DNA of 64,000 nucleotides from Azolla caroliniana (Eukaryota > Plantae > Polypodiophyta). Each line of letters opens with the position of its first letter. The first letter of the stretch is position 1. The stretch spans positions 3,038,001 to 3,102,000 of the forward strand of contig JBHGNT010000004.1 in the NCBI GenBank assembly GCA_043228905.1, in the 5' to 3' direction. The translations under genes were made by a program, and so were the position numbers. A model generated the notes under the pieces. The model was not told the origin of the DNA. It saw nothing but the letters and a program-made list of their open reading frames with translations, and ran no database searches. Positions 13,986 through 25,842 of the stretch are shown here, one piece after another.

Positions 13986-14929
13986 AATAGCGAGTTGTTT
14001 TCGATTCCCAATGACTTCCCAAAGCCAAAGTTGCCACAATAACTTCCTAGGCCACAAAAGTGTCAATGTTAAATCCTCATAATTTCCCAAACAAGGAAGT
14101 GTCAAGGTAAGATGTCAAATTCATAAGACGAGATAGACTATGGCTACTTGGGTAAGCCTCGCTGGCAAGGCAACATCACATGTTCATTCACAACCGGGTT
14201 GCAATCGCTAGTGATCGATCAACTCGTTAACAAGATATAACAAAAACCCGAAGACAACATCTCCCAAGAAAACCATACGATGATCGTTATATGTAAGCCT
14301 ATCTTGTAGGATATCATTTTGTTAACTCGATATGATGATAAGCCTAATAAGCCTAATCTCGAATGAGAAATTTTAACAATGCTTTCTCACACATGCAATA
14401 CCGTCACCTTGATGTACATCCATTCATTCAATTGATCAAGGCGATCCACAAATGGATTAATCACGCTAGTGTATTTAAATTACCCCCTCACCTAGAGTCA
14501 ACTCTAAGCAAACATGTGACTTCTTTCTATATGTCTCTCAAATGTTGAAGAGTTCTTGAATCTCCATAGAGCATAAAACCAAAATTTACTTAGCCACACA
14601 AAATAGGTTGCACATTGAGTGAGGGCCAGAAGACATATGTTAAAGTTTTAATATTATTCCCATTATATAAAACCTCAATAGCAACAAAAACTTGATGCTC
14701 ATTGCCATTGTGGATGCGTACACATTCCCAAATGTTGCAAAATATTGAGGAGAAGAAGAGAATGCAAGACACACATAGTCTTAGCAACTTAGAGACAAAA
14801 GGCACATGTGATCTTATTGTGCCCATATATGATGATATTAGAGAGGCTTTTCATGAATGCACCACATTTCAATAACTCCCACCATAGAAAACCTCTTCAC
14901 CTACAAAACTAGGTATCTTTTGTGGAGGG

Positions 14930-15442
14930 TAGCAATGGGCTTGGTTTCAGCTCAAACCAAACCGTTAAACCATGGTTTAACAGTTTATCAAATCCCAAAA
15001 ATTGAATGGTTTGGTTGGGTTCAGGTTATAAATAAATGGTTCGGTTTCAACTTGGTTTGTTTCCAACACTCAAGTTTTTTGGTTTATAGGTTTGACTTAG
15101 AGGTTTATGGGTTTTTGGTGAACTTTTTTTCTCCCCCTTAATGAATTATGAATTTAATGGTTTAATTAATGTTTTTTTTATTGATTTAATAAATGAAACT
15201 TAAATATTTATTTAATTTAATGTATTTTTGTTTATTTAGTTTTTTAATTAATTTGAGTTAAGTGGTTAGGTTTAAATTTTTTATTAAATGGTTCGGTTTG
15301 GTTTCAACTTTTCCCTAAATGGTTTGGTTTAAATCACTTGAGATTTCCTAAACGGTTTGGTTTGGTTTTTGTTTTATATAAATGGTTCAGTTTGGTTTCA
15401 AGGCAAAGAAACTAAACCGAAACTGAGCCGGGCCCATTGCTA
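14930..15442. mobile_element. hAT-superfamily MITE
   Basis: TIRs TAGCAATGGGC (14930) and GCCCATTGCTA (ends 15442). 8-bp TSD GTGGAGGG at 14922-14929 and 15443-15450. Many subterminal AACCG/CGGTT motifs and an AT-rich core. Confidence 0.88.
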
Positions 15443-16397
15443 GTGGAGGGTTGCCAAAACTCCAAGCATAGCTTGATCTCGTACACTTTGTTACAAGTAG
15501 TTGGTACACTTAAAAAAAATTTGATATCCAATTTAGTGTGGTTCCTACCCTGCTTTTACCATTAGTTTTGGAGAGAGGATATTGGAAATTCTTCGGTGGT
15601 TTCGTGGTTTAGTTTGGTTTGCAATGGACGATCATGCATAATCATCATCATCATTTCTCTCCACCTTTATCTAGAACTCTCACCTTTGAACTTATACCTA
15701 CCTCTTGTTCACAGCACACAAGGTTGAAATTTGGTAGAAATTACAATGTTTTCCTTTCCTGTTGTTTATATACGTTCAAAAAGACTTGGGAAAAATATCA
15801 TCGAGTTTTTCTTTGATTCCATCCGAGTGCCGAGTGCCCCCAAGTTTTTGTTATTGATGCGAATGCCATCAGTCAGAAAGAGAGAGAGAGAGAGAGAGAG
15901 GGTGTGAAACAAACACAGATTTGCTCTAATCGCAAATCAATGAGAGCTCTTTCAATGGCTGATCGAGGGCATCGACGGAGATATGGAAAAGATCAGGGGC
16001 ACAGCAGGGAAATAAAGAAAACGTCATGGAATTGCTCTTCTCATCAGAAGCATACATACTCTGTTTTGGGCTAACAGGATATGCTCTGTAATGTGAAATG
16101 TGAATGAAGAAAGAGGTAAAGATAGACGTAGAGGTGGAGTAGTGTCTTACTGTCTTGGTTTACTTCAGAGCAGCAGAAACAGCCAAGGTAACAAAAGCAT
16201 CACCCATCATATGGGTACTACTGCTTGGAGCTGGTAATCCTTTCTGTGTTAAGGAGTTCCATGGATTGTTTCATACATATATCACATCCCCGTGGAAGAT
16301 CCCAAAGCTCTGTGATTTCAAGCTAAGAAACTTATGGAGAAAATGTATAGTTTCAGGATCGTCACTTTTATGAATCTTTCAAAAAGTAGAGGATAAT

Positions 16398-18983
16398 ATG
16401 GAGCCAAGTAACATGGATTTGATCCAAGGACAGAGTCACCTGTCCTTGATTACATCAAAAGGGGCTGAAAATAGTGTCCACGAGCATTCCAAACTACAAA
16501 ATCGAGATCGGGCTTCCATTCTGAGGTTGTTGAAATCAGAGAATGATCTTTGCAAGGTTAGAGAGATGCATGCTTATATCCTCAGGCAGAAGATGATTCC
16601 TAAGGATGTATATATTGCCACTGCCTTACTCAGTAAGTATGCCAAATGTGGTGCATTGAAAGAGTCTCGACAAATATTCGAGCAGCTCCTCGTACGAGAT
16701 GTTGTATCTTGGACAGCATTAATAGATGGATATGCCAAGCATCAGCTTTTTGATGAATCCTTGAATTGCTTTAGGAAGATGCAGGAAGAGGGAGTATCAC
16801 CAGATGCAACAACGTATACTTGCATTCTGAAAGCTTGTGGTGCTTTAGGTTCTCTTGACATTGGAGAAGTTATCGATATTGAGGTTAGGAAACGAGGCTT
16901 ACTGATGAAGCATTTTAAGCTTGGTAGTGCGTTGGTAGATATGTATGCAAAGTGTGGTGCACTTGAAAAAGCACAAGAGGTATTTGAACAACTTCCAGCA
17001 CGGGATAATGTATCTTGGACTGTACTGATATCTGGATATGTTCAGCACGCACGCTATGTGGAGGCTTTGAACTGCTTTAGGCAGATGCAGGATGAAGGAG
17101 TCTACCCAGATGCAACAACTTATACTTGTGTTTTGAAAGCTTGTGCTGCCACTGGGTCTCTTGAGGTTGGAGAAAATATAGTTTCTAAGGTTAGAAAAGA
17201 AGGTCTATGGAAGCATGATACTATCCTTGGGAGTGCATTAGTTGACATGTATGCTAAGTGTGGTGCCCTCCAGAAAGCACGAGAAGTATTCGATCAGCTT
17301 CCGATGCGTAACATCGCGGCCTGGAGTGCATTGATGGCAGGCTATGTAAAATATAGCCTTGGCGGGGAAGTCTTGAAATGCTTTATGGAGATGAAGAGCC
17401 AGGGAGTTTCTGGAAATGCCACAATGTATACTTCGATTTTGAAAGCATGTGGTTTAGTAGGATCTCTTGATATTGGGGAAGACATACATTTAGAGGTTAG
17501 AAAGCAAGGCTTATTGAGGAAGAACATTGTGCTTGGCAGTAGCTTGATCGACATGTATTTCAAATGTGGTGCTCTTGGAAAGGCACATGAAGTATTTGAA
17601 CAGCTTCCAGTGCGAGATGTTGTGTCTTGCACGGCTATGATTTCTGGATATGTCTACCATGGGCTCAACCAAGAAGCCATAAATTTCTTCCAACAGATGG
17701 AAGCAGAGGGAGTCAATCCAGATGCAATGACTTATACTTGCATTTTGAAAGCTTGTGCTAATATAGGATCTCTTGAAATTGGGGACGACATAGTTTCCAA
17801 TATCAGAAAGAAAGGGTTGCTCATAAACAATATTGTCCTTGGCAGTACTATAGTTGATATGTATGCAAAGTGTGGCTCACTCCAAAAAGCACAAGAAGTA
17901 TTTCAGGAGCTTCCAATGCAGGATGTCGTGTCCTGGACTGCTCTGATGACTGGGTATGCCCAGTGTGGCCTCATTGATGAAGCCTTAAATTGCTTTAGGC
18001 AGATGCAGGATCAGGGGGTTTTTCCAAATGCAGTAACTTATATTTGCATTTTAAAAGCATGCAGATCGCTTAAAATTGTGGAAGCGATAGATGAGGCTGT
18101 CCAAATGCAAGGGTTATTAAGAACAGATGTTTCACTTGGAAATACATTAATCGACGTGTATGCCAAGTGGGGAGCTCTTGAAAAAGCACGAGAAGTATTT
18201 GAGCACATTCCAGTGAGGGATGTTGTGTCATGGACTACATTAATGTCTGCATATGCCAACCATGGCCTTGGTGAGGAAACCTTGAATTGCTTCAGACAAA
18301 TGCAGGATGAACAGGTCCGCCCAAATAAAGTAACTTACATTTGTATTTTGAAAGCTTGTGGCATTGTAGGATCTCTCATGATCGGAGAAGCAATAGATGC
18401 AGAAGCCCGAAGGGAGGGGTTATCAGACAAAGACATTCTGCTTGGCAATGCATTAGTTGTTATGTATGCTAAGTGTGGTGTGATTAGAAAAGCACAAGAA
18501 GTATTCGAACAGCTTGCAGTGCGAGATGTTGTATCATGGAGTGCACTGATGGAAGGGTATGCACAATTAGGTCAGGCAAATGTAGTCTTTACCCTGCTCA
18601 GAAAAATGAGGACAGAAGGTCTTGTGCCAGATCTGGTCACCTTTCTTGTTTTGCTTACCACTTGTTGTCATGCTGGTCTACTCAATGAGGGAGAACAGGT
18701 GTTTAGTGAGATGTGTGTGGTTTATTCTGTAACTCCGACGAAAGAGCACTACACGTGTATGATTGATCTATTTGGTCGCACGGGACAGTTTGATCAGGCC
18801 AAAGGTTTGCTTGACAAGGCGGCCCATTCTGACTATCTTCCACTATTGTTGGCTATATTGGGTGCTTGCCAGAAATGGATAAATGTGGATGTTGGAAAGT
18901 GGGTCTTTGAGCAATTACTACAATTGGATGTAAATTATGCTGCTGCATATGTTGGGATGGAAAATATATATGCTAGCAGCTAG
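16398..18983 (+). CDS. PLS/E-type pentatricopeptide repeat protein, intronless, 861 aa
   Basis: About 7 P-L-S triplets (VDMYAKCGALEKAQEVFEQL / DVVSWTALI / PDATTYTCILKAC). The C-terminus (KEHYTCMIDLFGR...AAAYVGMENIYASS) is E-like and has no DYW. Confidence 0.95.
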   Translation: MEPSNMDLIQGQSHLSLITSKGAENSVHEHSKLQNRDRASILRLLKSENDLCKVREMHAYILRQKMIPKDVYIATALLSKYAKCGALKESRQIFEQLLVRDVVSWTALIDGYAKHQLFDESLNCFRKMQEEGVSPDATTYTCILKACGALGSLDIGEVIDIEVRKRGLLMKHFKLGSALVDMYAKCGALEKAQEVFEQLPARDNVSWTVLISGYVQHARYVEALNCFRQMQDEGVYPDATTYTCVLKACAATGSLEVGENIVSKVRKEGLWKHDTILGSALVDMYAKCGALQKAREVFDQLPMRNIAAWSALMAGYVKYSLGGEVLKCFMEMKSQGVSGNATMYTSILKACGLVGSLDIGEDIHLEVRKQGLLRKNIVLGSSLIDMYFKCGALGKAHEVFEQLPVRDVVSCTAMISGYVYHGLNQEAINFFQQMEAEGVNPDAMTYTCILKACANIGSLEIGDDIVSNIRKKGLLINNIVLGSTIVDMYAKCGSLQKAQEVFQELPMQDVVSWTALMTGYAQCGLIDEALNCFRQMQDQGVFPNAVTYICILKACRSLKIVEAIDEAVQMQGLLRTDVSLGNTLIDVYAKWGALEKAREVFEHIPVRDVVSWTTLMSAYANHGLGEETLNCFRQMQDEQVRPNKVTYICILKACGIVGSLMIGEAIDAEARREGLSDKDILLGNALVVMYAKCGVIRKAQEVFEQLAVRDVVSWSALMEGYAQLGQANVVFTLLRKMRTEGLVPDLVTFLVLLTTCCHAGLLNEGEQVFSEMCVVYSVTPTKEHYTCMIDLFGRTGQFDQAKGLLDKAAHSDYLPLLLAILGACQKWINVDVGKWVFEQLLQLDVNYAAAYVGMENIYASS

Positions 18984-20191
18984 TATGCAAACAGATCCAA
19001 TTTGTTAGAACTGAACCTTGCAGAAAGAAATATGAACCACAGAAAATGTCAGAGTGATAATGCAGGCTGGATTAATATTGGTAAGAACATGCATTTATTT
19101 CTCAAAGCACATGGAGCTAGAGCATGTTACATTTGAAGGTAGTTGCATATACATAAACTATCAGGAGCTGCTTAAGATGAAAAGGATCATGTGTTTTATA
19201 GCAATAATATGATTTAACGGGCAGCATTGTAGAGCGAAATTATTGTCTATGTCTGTTACCGACATTTCCAATGTTCTTTTATCATGTTGCTATATTAAGA
19301 TTACAGGGCACTGCAGGATTGTAGTAAAAGATGCAAAACTGTAATCATAATTGAGGATTAACTACAGTTTCTGAGAGTTACAGTTATTACGGATGTTTCA
19401 AGCTAAAGGTTTGAGCTCATGTACTTACCCAGTTTCATCTAAAATACTTCAACTGTTGATGGCCTGGTGGCTTGGTTAACAAACAGAAGCTATACACAAA
19501 TTACTGGAAAACTATGCAATGTCACACCTTAGGCTGGAAAAGATTGGCTGGAGCTGAAATTCAATGGTTTTGATGTGATAATAAATTCTTGGCTGATTTA
19601 TAATGTTTCCATCTCATTGACATCCTACACATATTGCAGATCTTACATCCTATTTTACAAATACGTACTCACTTGTAGACATACCCTCTTTCCCATTCTC
19701 AATTTACATTGGTCTCATCACATTCACACCAAGTTACAATCCTGAGCTCTCAATCCCAGCCACTTCGGCTTTATCACCTGGTCTCATTCTCTGTGTAATA
19801 AATGTGGGTCCTAAATATTCACAACAATTATAGTGGCTTAACCATTTTCCTCTTTTGCACATCCACTAAGTCAACTTTTGAATGTTTGACCCAATGTTGC
19901 ATAAATAATAGTGACACCTTGCATATTAAAACTAATGATGAACCAAACTTAACACAATCACCTTTTACACCAAGTTGCAATCTTGAGCTGCTGGTTCCAG
20001 CCACTTTGATCTCATCCTCCATATAGCATTGGACCAAAATAATCACAACTAATAGTGCCATTTGCTCTTTTAAACATAAAGTAAAGTGAAAATTTTAAAT
20101 GTTTCATCTAAAGTTGCTTAAAATAATAGTAAACATTGCTCAATAAAATGAATGAGGAACCAAACTTAACACAAACATCTTCCAAAGTCAA

Positions 20192-20503
20192 GAAGTCTCA
20201 TAGATTTCAGTTATCTATACAACGGCATTTCTCCCTTTGCCCCACCAAGCCTGGGTTTTTCCAAAGAAGGTACCGCTTATGAGTAACTAGTCATGTAGGT
20301 TTCTTCAAAATAAATTTGTTATAGTATCCGTAGAACAATTTAACATATTAAAGTCTCATAGATTTCAGTTATCTATACAACGGCATTTCTCCCTTTGCCC
20401 CAAGCCTGGGTTTTTCCAAAGAAGGTACCACTTATGAGTAACTAGTCATGTAGGTTTCTTCAAAATAAATTTGTTATAGCATGTGTAGAACAATTTAACA
20501 TAT
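20192..20503. repeat. ~157-bp tandem duplication
   Basis: AAGTCTCATAGATTTCAG...CAATTTAACATATT occurs at ~20192-20349 and ~20352-20504 with few differences. Confidence 0.85.
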
Positions 20504-21156
20504 TGTTATCCTTGATCATGATAAGTACATTTTATATTGTGGCTTACAGACAAATGAAGGGTGTGCCGTTGTGAATCATGGATTATCAATGGAAATTTAA
20601 ATAACCTTTACTCATGGTCTTGATGAAAATCCCTTCGCATTCATCGAAACATTTGTGCAAATTAATCACCATTCTTTGATCATAGGTACAATACTGAGAA
20701 AGAACTTCCATCACTATACTGAGGAAGGACTGCAATGCAACTGAAGTGACAGTTTGAAGTCAGAAAGTTCTACTTTTCTATATCTTTAATTTAAATAACC
20801 CTCTTTTATTTTGTTTACCCCTCTACCCTTTTGGGGTTGGTGGTACACTTCATTCTTTTAAGTGAGAAAACCCTATGAATGGCAGAATGATAAGGCAACC
20901 TTCTACCTCAGCATAGATCCCGAAATTACAGGTTGGATATATTCTGAGTTCTGTTTCTAGCACTTTTTATTTATTTGATGCAATCAATGAATGAATCAGA
21001 GAAATGTGTATGTACAGAATCACACATCATATCATGTGAAAATGTCGTAAATTTCCATAAGATGACAAAACCAGGGGGATACATGTCTTTAGATAGATCA
21101 AGATCATGTGATAATACAAAACATGCATAAATATTGTATACAGTTTGCAAAACCTC

Positions 21157-23360
21157 CTACTCTTCATAGCTCCTATTTCCTTTCTTCATAAGTTTAGCTA
21201 TAATCTCTTTCCTGTCAATAAATCGGGTGAGGACCTCCTCGCTTGGCAAAATGCAAGACTCGGCTCGACCAAACCATTTGTATCGTCTCTTAGCAACATA
21301 ATCATATATAAAATCTCGCAATGGAGCCGGTATAAACAAAAAGATACCTAGTAACGGGTAAGGAAAAGGCAAGTATAAAGCAATTCGAAGTGCAGCTGTA
21401 CAGAAGCACGGACATTATTAGTATTTAGTGTTGACAATACATATATAAGAAACACATACCCTCATTCTATACAAGGCAATAAGTTTCTTACCTGTAGAAG
21501 CTTGTGAGAATTGTCCAGGTCCCTCTACAAAAAGGAAACGATCCAATACATCTTCACGTGTTAAGCCGCATACAAGCAGATATGGTTCAGCTGCTTCAGA
21601 CTGGACAGCACAAAAGCTAATATGTTTCTGTGTATCAGCTCTGATTACAAATCTCACTCCTACATCCACAACCAGAAAATGAATAAGTAAAATTGATGCA
21701 TTTTCTCAAATTTAAATATTTGTATGATAGCATAGTAAGAGTATACATTACAAAAGAATGTTTGTTTTTATGGCGCTTTTGGGTTTATATGTCTGTATTC
21801 AGAAAACCTTTTTTCATGACACGTTCAAACAACTCTGTAGAAATTTAACATTTTTGTGACACATATTAACTCCATAGAAATTGAACAATTTTATAGGATA
21901 CAACCAAGGCCAAGGTCCTGGTGTTTTATCTAAATTCTTCCACATATACATCACCCCAGCAACATTGTAGCTCTGCAAACTCTGTGCATAATCTTAATGA
22001 TAAAGACATAGAAAAATATGTTATGGTTATAGACATAACATTTGTATATACCTCCATTGCAAAGTCGACAAACTCCATCATAAAGCACAACTTGAGGTTT
22101 CAAAAATAGGTTTGACGATTGTCCAATTCCGCCAGAAACAGTAGCATCCGTTTTATTAAGTATGCATTCAACTGCATTGACTTTACGGGAGCTTGCACTC
22201 TCAGTATAATATTGACCTTGACCGAATCTAGATCTGAGCCATGGATCATATTCTAGAAATGACAGATAGATCAATTAAAGAACATCCACCCTTATATACT
22301 GAGAAAATATCACTTGCTTCGTTCTGAAAATGATAGTTTAATAAAACATTGTGTTCAGGGCAGCAAGTAATCAAAATTGTTTGTAATCGGCAATCAATAC
22401 TGAAGCTTGAAATCACAAATTGTACTGGTGAAGCCAAGAAATTGCTAACTTAATCAAGCTTGGATATGATTTAAAGCGAACTCTCTTTCTTGCTTCCAAA
22501 GGGTGTCTAATCCTACCTGTGAATAATGTCACCTTTCTTTAAATAATATAAAGAAGCAAGTGTTAAAAATTGTATAATTGATATTGAAGCCTGACACTGT
22601 AATGATGAAACAGATAAATTGCTAGTTTAGTGATTGAATGACTAGATGCCATATTTTTTTATTTTTTGACATAAATGCCCTAGGTAAACACCATCCCTGA
22701 GCAATTTTCGGCCAATTCATCCTCTTCTTCTCAATTATATGTGCTAGTGTCAATTATGGAGTCCTTTTATATGTGCTATTGAGCATATATGTGATCAATG
22801 CAACCCATCTTTCCTCTCTTTCAGGAGATGACCAGGGTTACTTGAGGTAAAGATGAAACACTCAGGAATATTCCAGATATATATATATATAGGTCTTGTA
22901 CGCCTCCACATTTTTTATTAGCCAAGCATTCAAGGTATCAGATTCCAATTTACTGTCCATTCGGATGCAAAAACAGCTTATAAGTCTAAAAAAGCAACAA
23001 CATCAATCAGTACACATAAATAAATAAAAAATTTAAAACGATTTTCATGTGCATGATACATCATACATACGTTGCAAATGATGGATATGCATGTACGTGC
23101 GTGTTTTCATTTCAGGCAGGTTCGTAACAAGAAGAAACAAAGAAAAGCAACCTCTCTCTCTCTCTCTCTCTGATACTATTACAACTAGAGAAGAGTAATC
23201 TAAAGATCCTCTCTCTCACACACACAGGCTTACTTGATGAGGAGAAACGTGGAGGATCAGAGACAGTAGCGGTAGAAGGAGAAGCATTAATCCTGCGAAT
23301 GGAGCACATCTTGGGTCCGATCCTCGACCACATTGCTGCACACCATGGCCACGATCTCAT
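21157..23360 (-). CDS. DCC (DUF393) family thiol-disulfide oxidoreductase
   Basis: Exons 23360-23234, 22252-22052, 21659-21492 and 21395-21157, all GT-AG with consistent phase. Motifs VVLYDGVCRLCNGGVRF (DxxCxxC) and PAPLRDFIYDYVAKRRYKWFG. The N-terminus is transit-peptide-like; the start codon is uncertain. Confidence 0.9.
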
Positions 23361-23629
23361 GACTCATGAGCCGCGCTTGAAGACGAAAGATTCATGCGAG
23401 AAGAAAAGAACAGAAAGGAAGGAAGGGAAGAAATAATGACAGTAGCAGCAAAATAATAAATAAACACCAGAAATAATAAATAGCCTTTCTCGACGTTCCC
23501 CACAGTAAATAATAATTATAATTATAATTATTATTAATCAATGTTTATGTGAAGATTAATATTATTAATCTCTCCAAAATGTGAAAACCGGGTGCATCAT
23601 GCTCTCAGTTCTTATAAGCATTCTAATCG

Positions 23630-24020
23630 AAGAAGGTAATCTAATCATGGATGCTTAATATCGTCATTAGGATGCAACCTAATCATGGATGCTTAATATC
23701 ATCATTAGGATGCAACCTAATCATGGATGTTTAATTAATCATTCTCATTAGGATGCTATCCAATCATTAATGCTTAATAATTCTCATTAGAGATGCCATC
23801 CATTCATGTATGCTTAATCATTCTCAATAAGATGCCATCCATTCGTGGATGCTTAATCATTCTCAATAAGATGCCACCCATTCATGGATGCTTAGCCATT
23901 CTCGTTAGGATGCAATCCAATCGTGGATGCTTAATCATTCTCGTTAGGATGCAATTCAATGATGTATGCTTACTTTATCATTCTCGTTAGGATGCTTATT
24001 GCATGCAATCTCGTTAAGAC
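23630..24020. repeat. Minisatellite, ~33-38-bp unit, about 10 copies
   Basis: Recurring ATTCTC(A/G)TTAGGATGCAATCCAATCATGGATGCTTAATC. Confidence 0.85.
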
Positions 24021-24887
24021 TTGTCATATATCATATTAGTTGATGTTACCTCTTGGATGCCGAATATAAAGAGAAAGTAGCATTATGGATAACATCTTCT
24101 TTTACAAAGGGTACACTTTGTATTGTTGAAAATACAAATAGCGTTATTGGTAAGAATAGCACACATTCGAGTGATCTTTTTTATATCTTCCGAGCTACTA
24201 ATTGTGTTTTAGGAATTTACTAAAATACCCTTGGTAATTTCCCCGAAACTATTTCTTCCAAAATATCTCTCTTTCTTTGTCATCAGTTCTAGAATCAACA
24301 CTAGTCTTTGTTGAAGATTGGCTTGTTTAATACCCCACACTTGTATCTCCCCACTTCAAACTCTAATTTTGATTTTGCTTAACTTCCTTATTTACATTCT
24401 TCACTCATAGAACCATCTTCTCTCAAGGCAACTTTCCTTTAGAATTTCTTTTCTAATACAATCAGCATGAAACTGCCTGCAAAAAGTTGACTTTTGGATC
24501 TATTTGCCAATTCCATGAAAAAAGATGTTTTATTATACAATTTTGTCATATTTGTGGTCTAGAAATTTCTTTCCCAAACTCAAGGATCTACCCACAATTG
24601 TTGTCAATATTTTCATGTTCTGGCCATAGCTAGTTTGAGTGTTTAATTGGCCAAACGTTACTTTCACCAGTCTCGTCAATATGTTTCTAATGGTGACAAA
24701 GGTTCATATTTATATGGTTCACATGTGTGCCTAGTAGATAATACATTGTGGATAACATTTATTCAATCAATAGCACTGAATTCAGTTAGTTTGTCACCAT
24801 ATGGCAAACAATTCTCAACGTGGAACCAAACGAAAATCAAATGCAGCATGCACAAACCATGAGCTCAAAAGAATTCACAATTTGTGC

Positions 24888-25411
24888 TTTGCCTTTACAT
24901 CTAAGCAGACAAAAAAAGACTGCATTGTTTTCCATGGAAAGCATTTAAGTTTCAGTGCAAATCTTAGATTGTTTTCTACATGGATCAGAATTCTAAAGGG
25001 CTGTGGAAATGCTGGTGAAGTGCCTTACATCTAAGCACACAAAAAAGACTGCATTGTTTTGCATGGAAAGCATTAAGTTTCAGTGCAAATCTTAGATTGT
25101 TTTCTACATAGGTCTCCAAAGGGCTGTGGAAATGCTGGTGAAAGTGCCTTACATCTAAGCAGACAAAAAATGACTGCATTGTTTTCCACGGAAAGCATTT
25201 AAGTTTCAGTGCAAATCTTAGATTGTTTTCTACATGGGTCTGAATTCCAAAGGGCTGTGTAAATGCTGGTGAAAGTACCTTACATCTAAGCACACAAAAA
25301 AGACTGCACTGTTTTCCATGGAAAGCATTAAGTTTCAGTGCAAATCTTAGATTGTTTTCTACATGAGTCTGACTGAATTCCAAAGGGCTGTGGAAATGCT
25401 GGTGAAAGTGC
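24888..25411. repeat. Tandem repeat, ~125-130-bp unit, 4 copies
   Basis: CCTTACATCTAAGCA(C/G)ACAAAAAAGACTGCA...GGAAATGCTGGTGAAAGTG recurs near 24891, 25022, 25146 and 25277. Confidence 0.9.
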
Positions 25412-25842
25412 CCTGGAAGGGATGACTGGATAACAGCAATTCTCCCACCAGAGTCTGGACAGAGTGCATTCATTCTTCATCTCTATACTTTCACCTAAAA
25501 ATTCATTGTGATATGCAACCAGATTAATCTGATGTAATTCCCCATAGATGCTAATCACTGAGGACATGAACAGATTACAGAGTTTTATTTTCTTACTAAG
25601 TTCAGTCAGGTGTTAGATTAGTTCTTATCTTACTGCAAGTAATCTACCTTGCAACTATCAAAAAGAGTACTTAAAGATCATGCAATGTGTGTGTATCATA
25701 TAACCATTTCTTTGTCATTCAATTTCCTTTTATTCCTTTTTCTTTTCTTGTATTTAGCATTGGAACGGATAATCAAACAGATTACATGATTTTCTTCTTT
25801 ACAAAAAAATAATAATATGAAGAAAAAGAAAAGTAGAAGAAT

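Noticed and set aside
23630-24020. Regularly spaced short repeats suggesting a CRISPR array
   Set aside because: The units are contiguous with no unique spacers, there are no cas genes, and the context is eukaryotic.
24985-25473. 162-aa repetitive ORF
   Set aside because: It is a translation of the tandem repeat, with frame changes between units.
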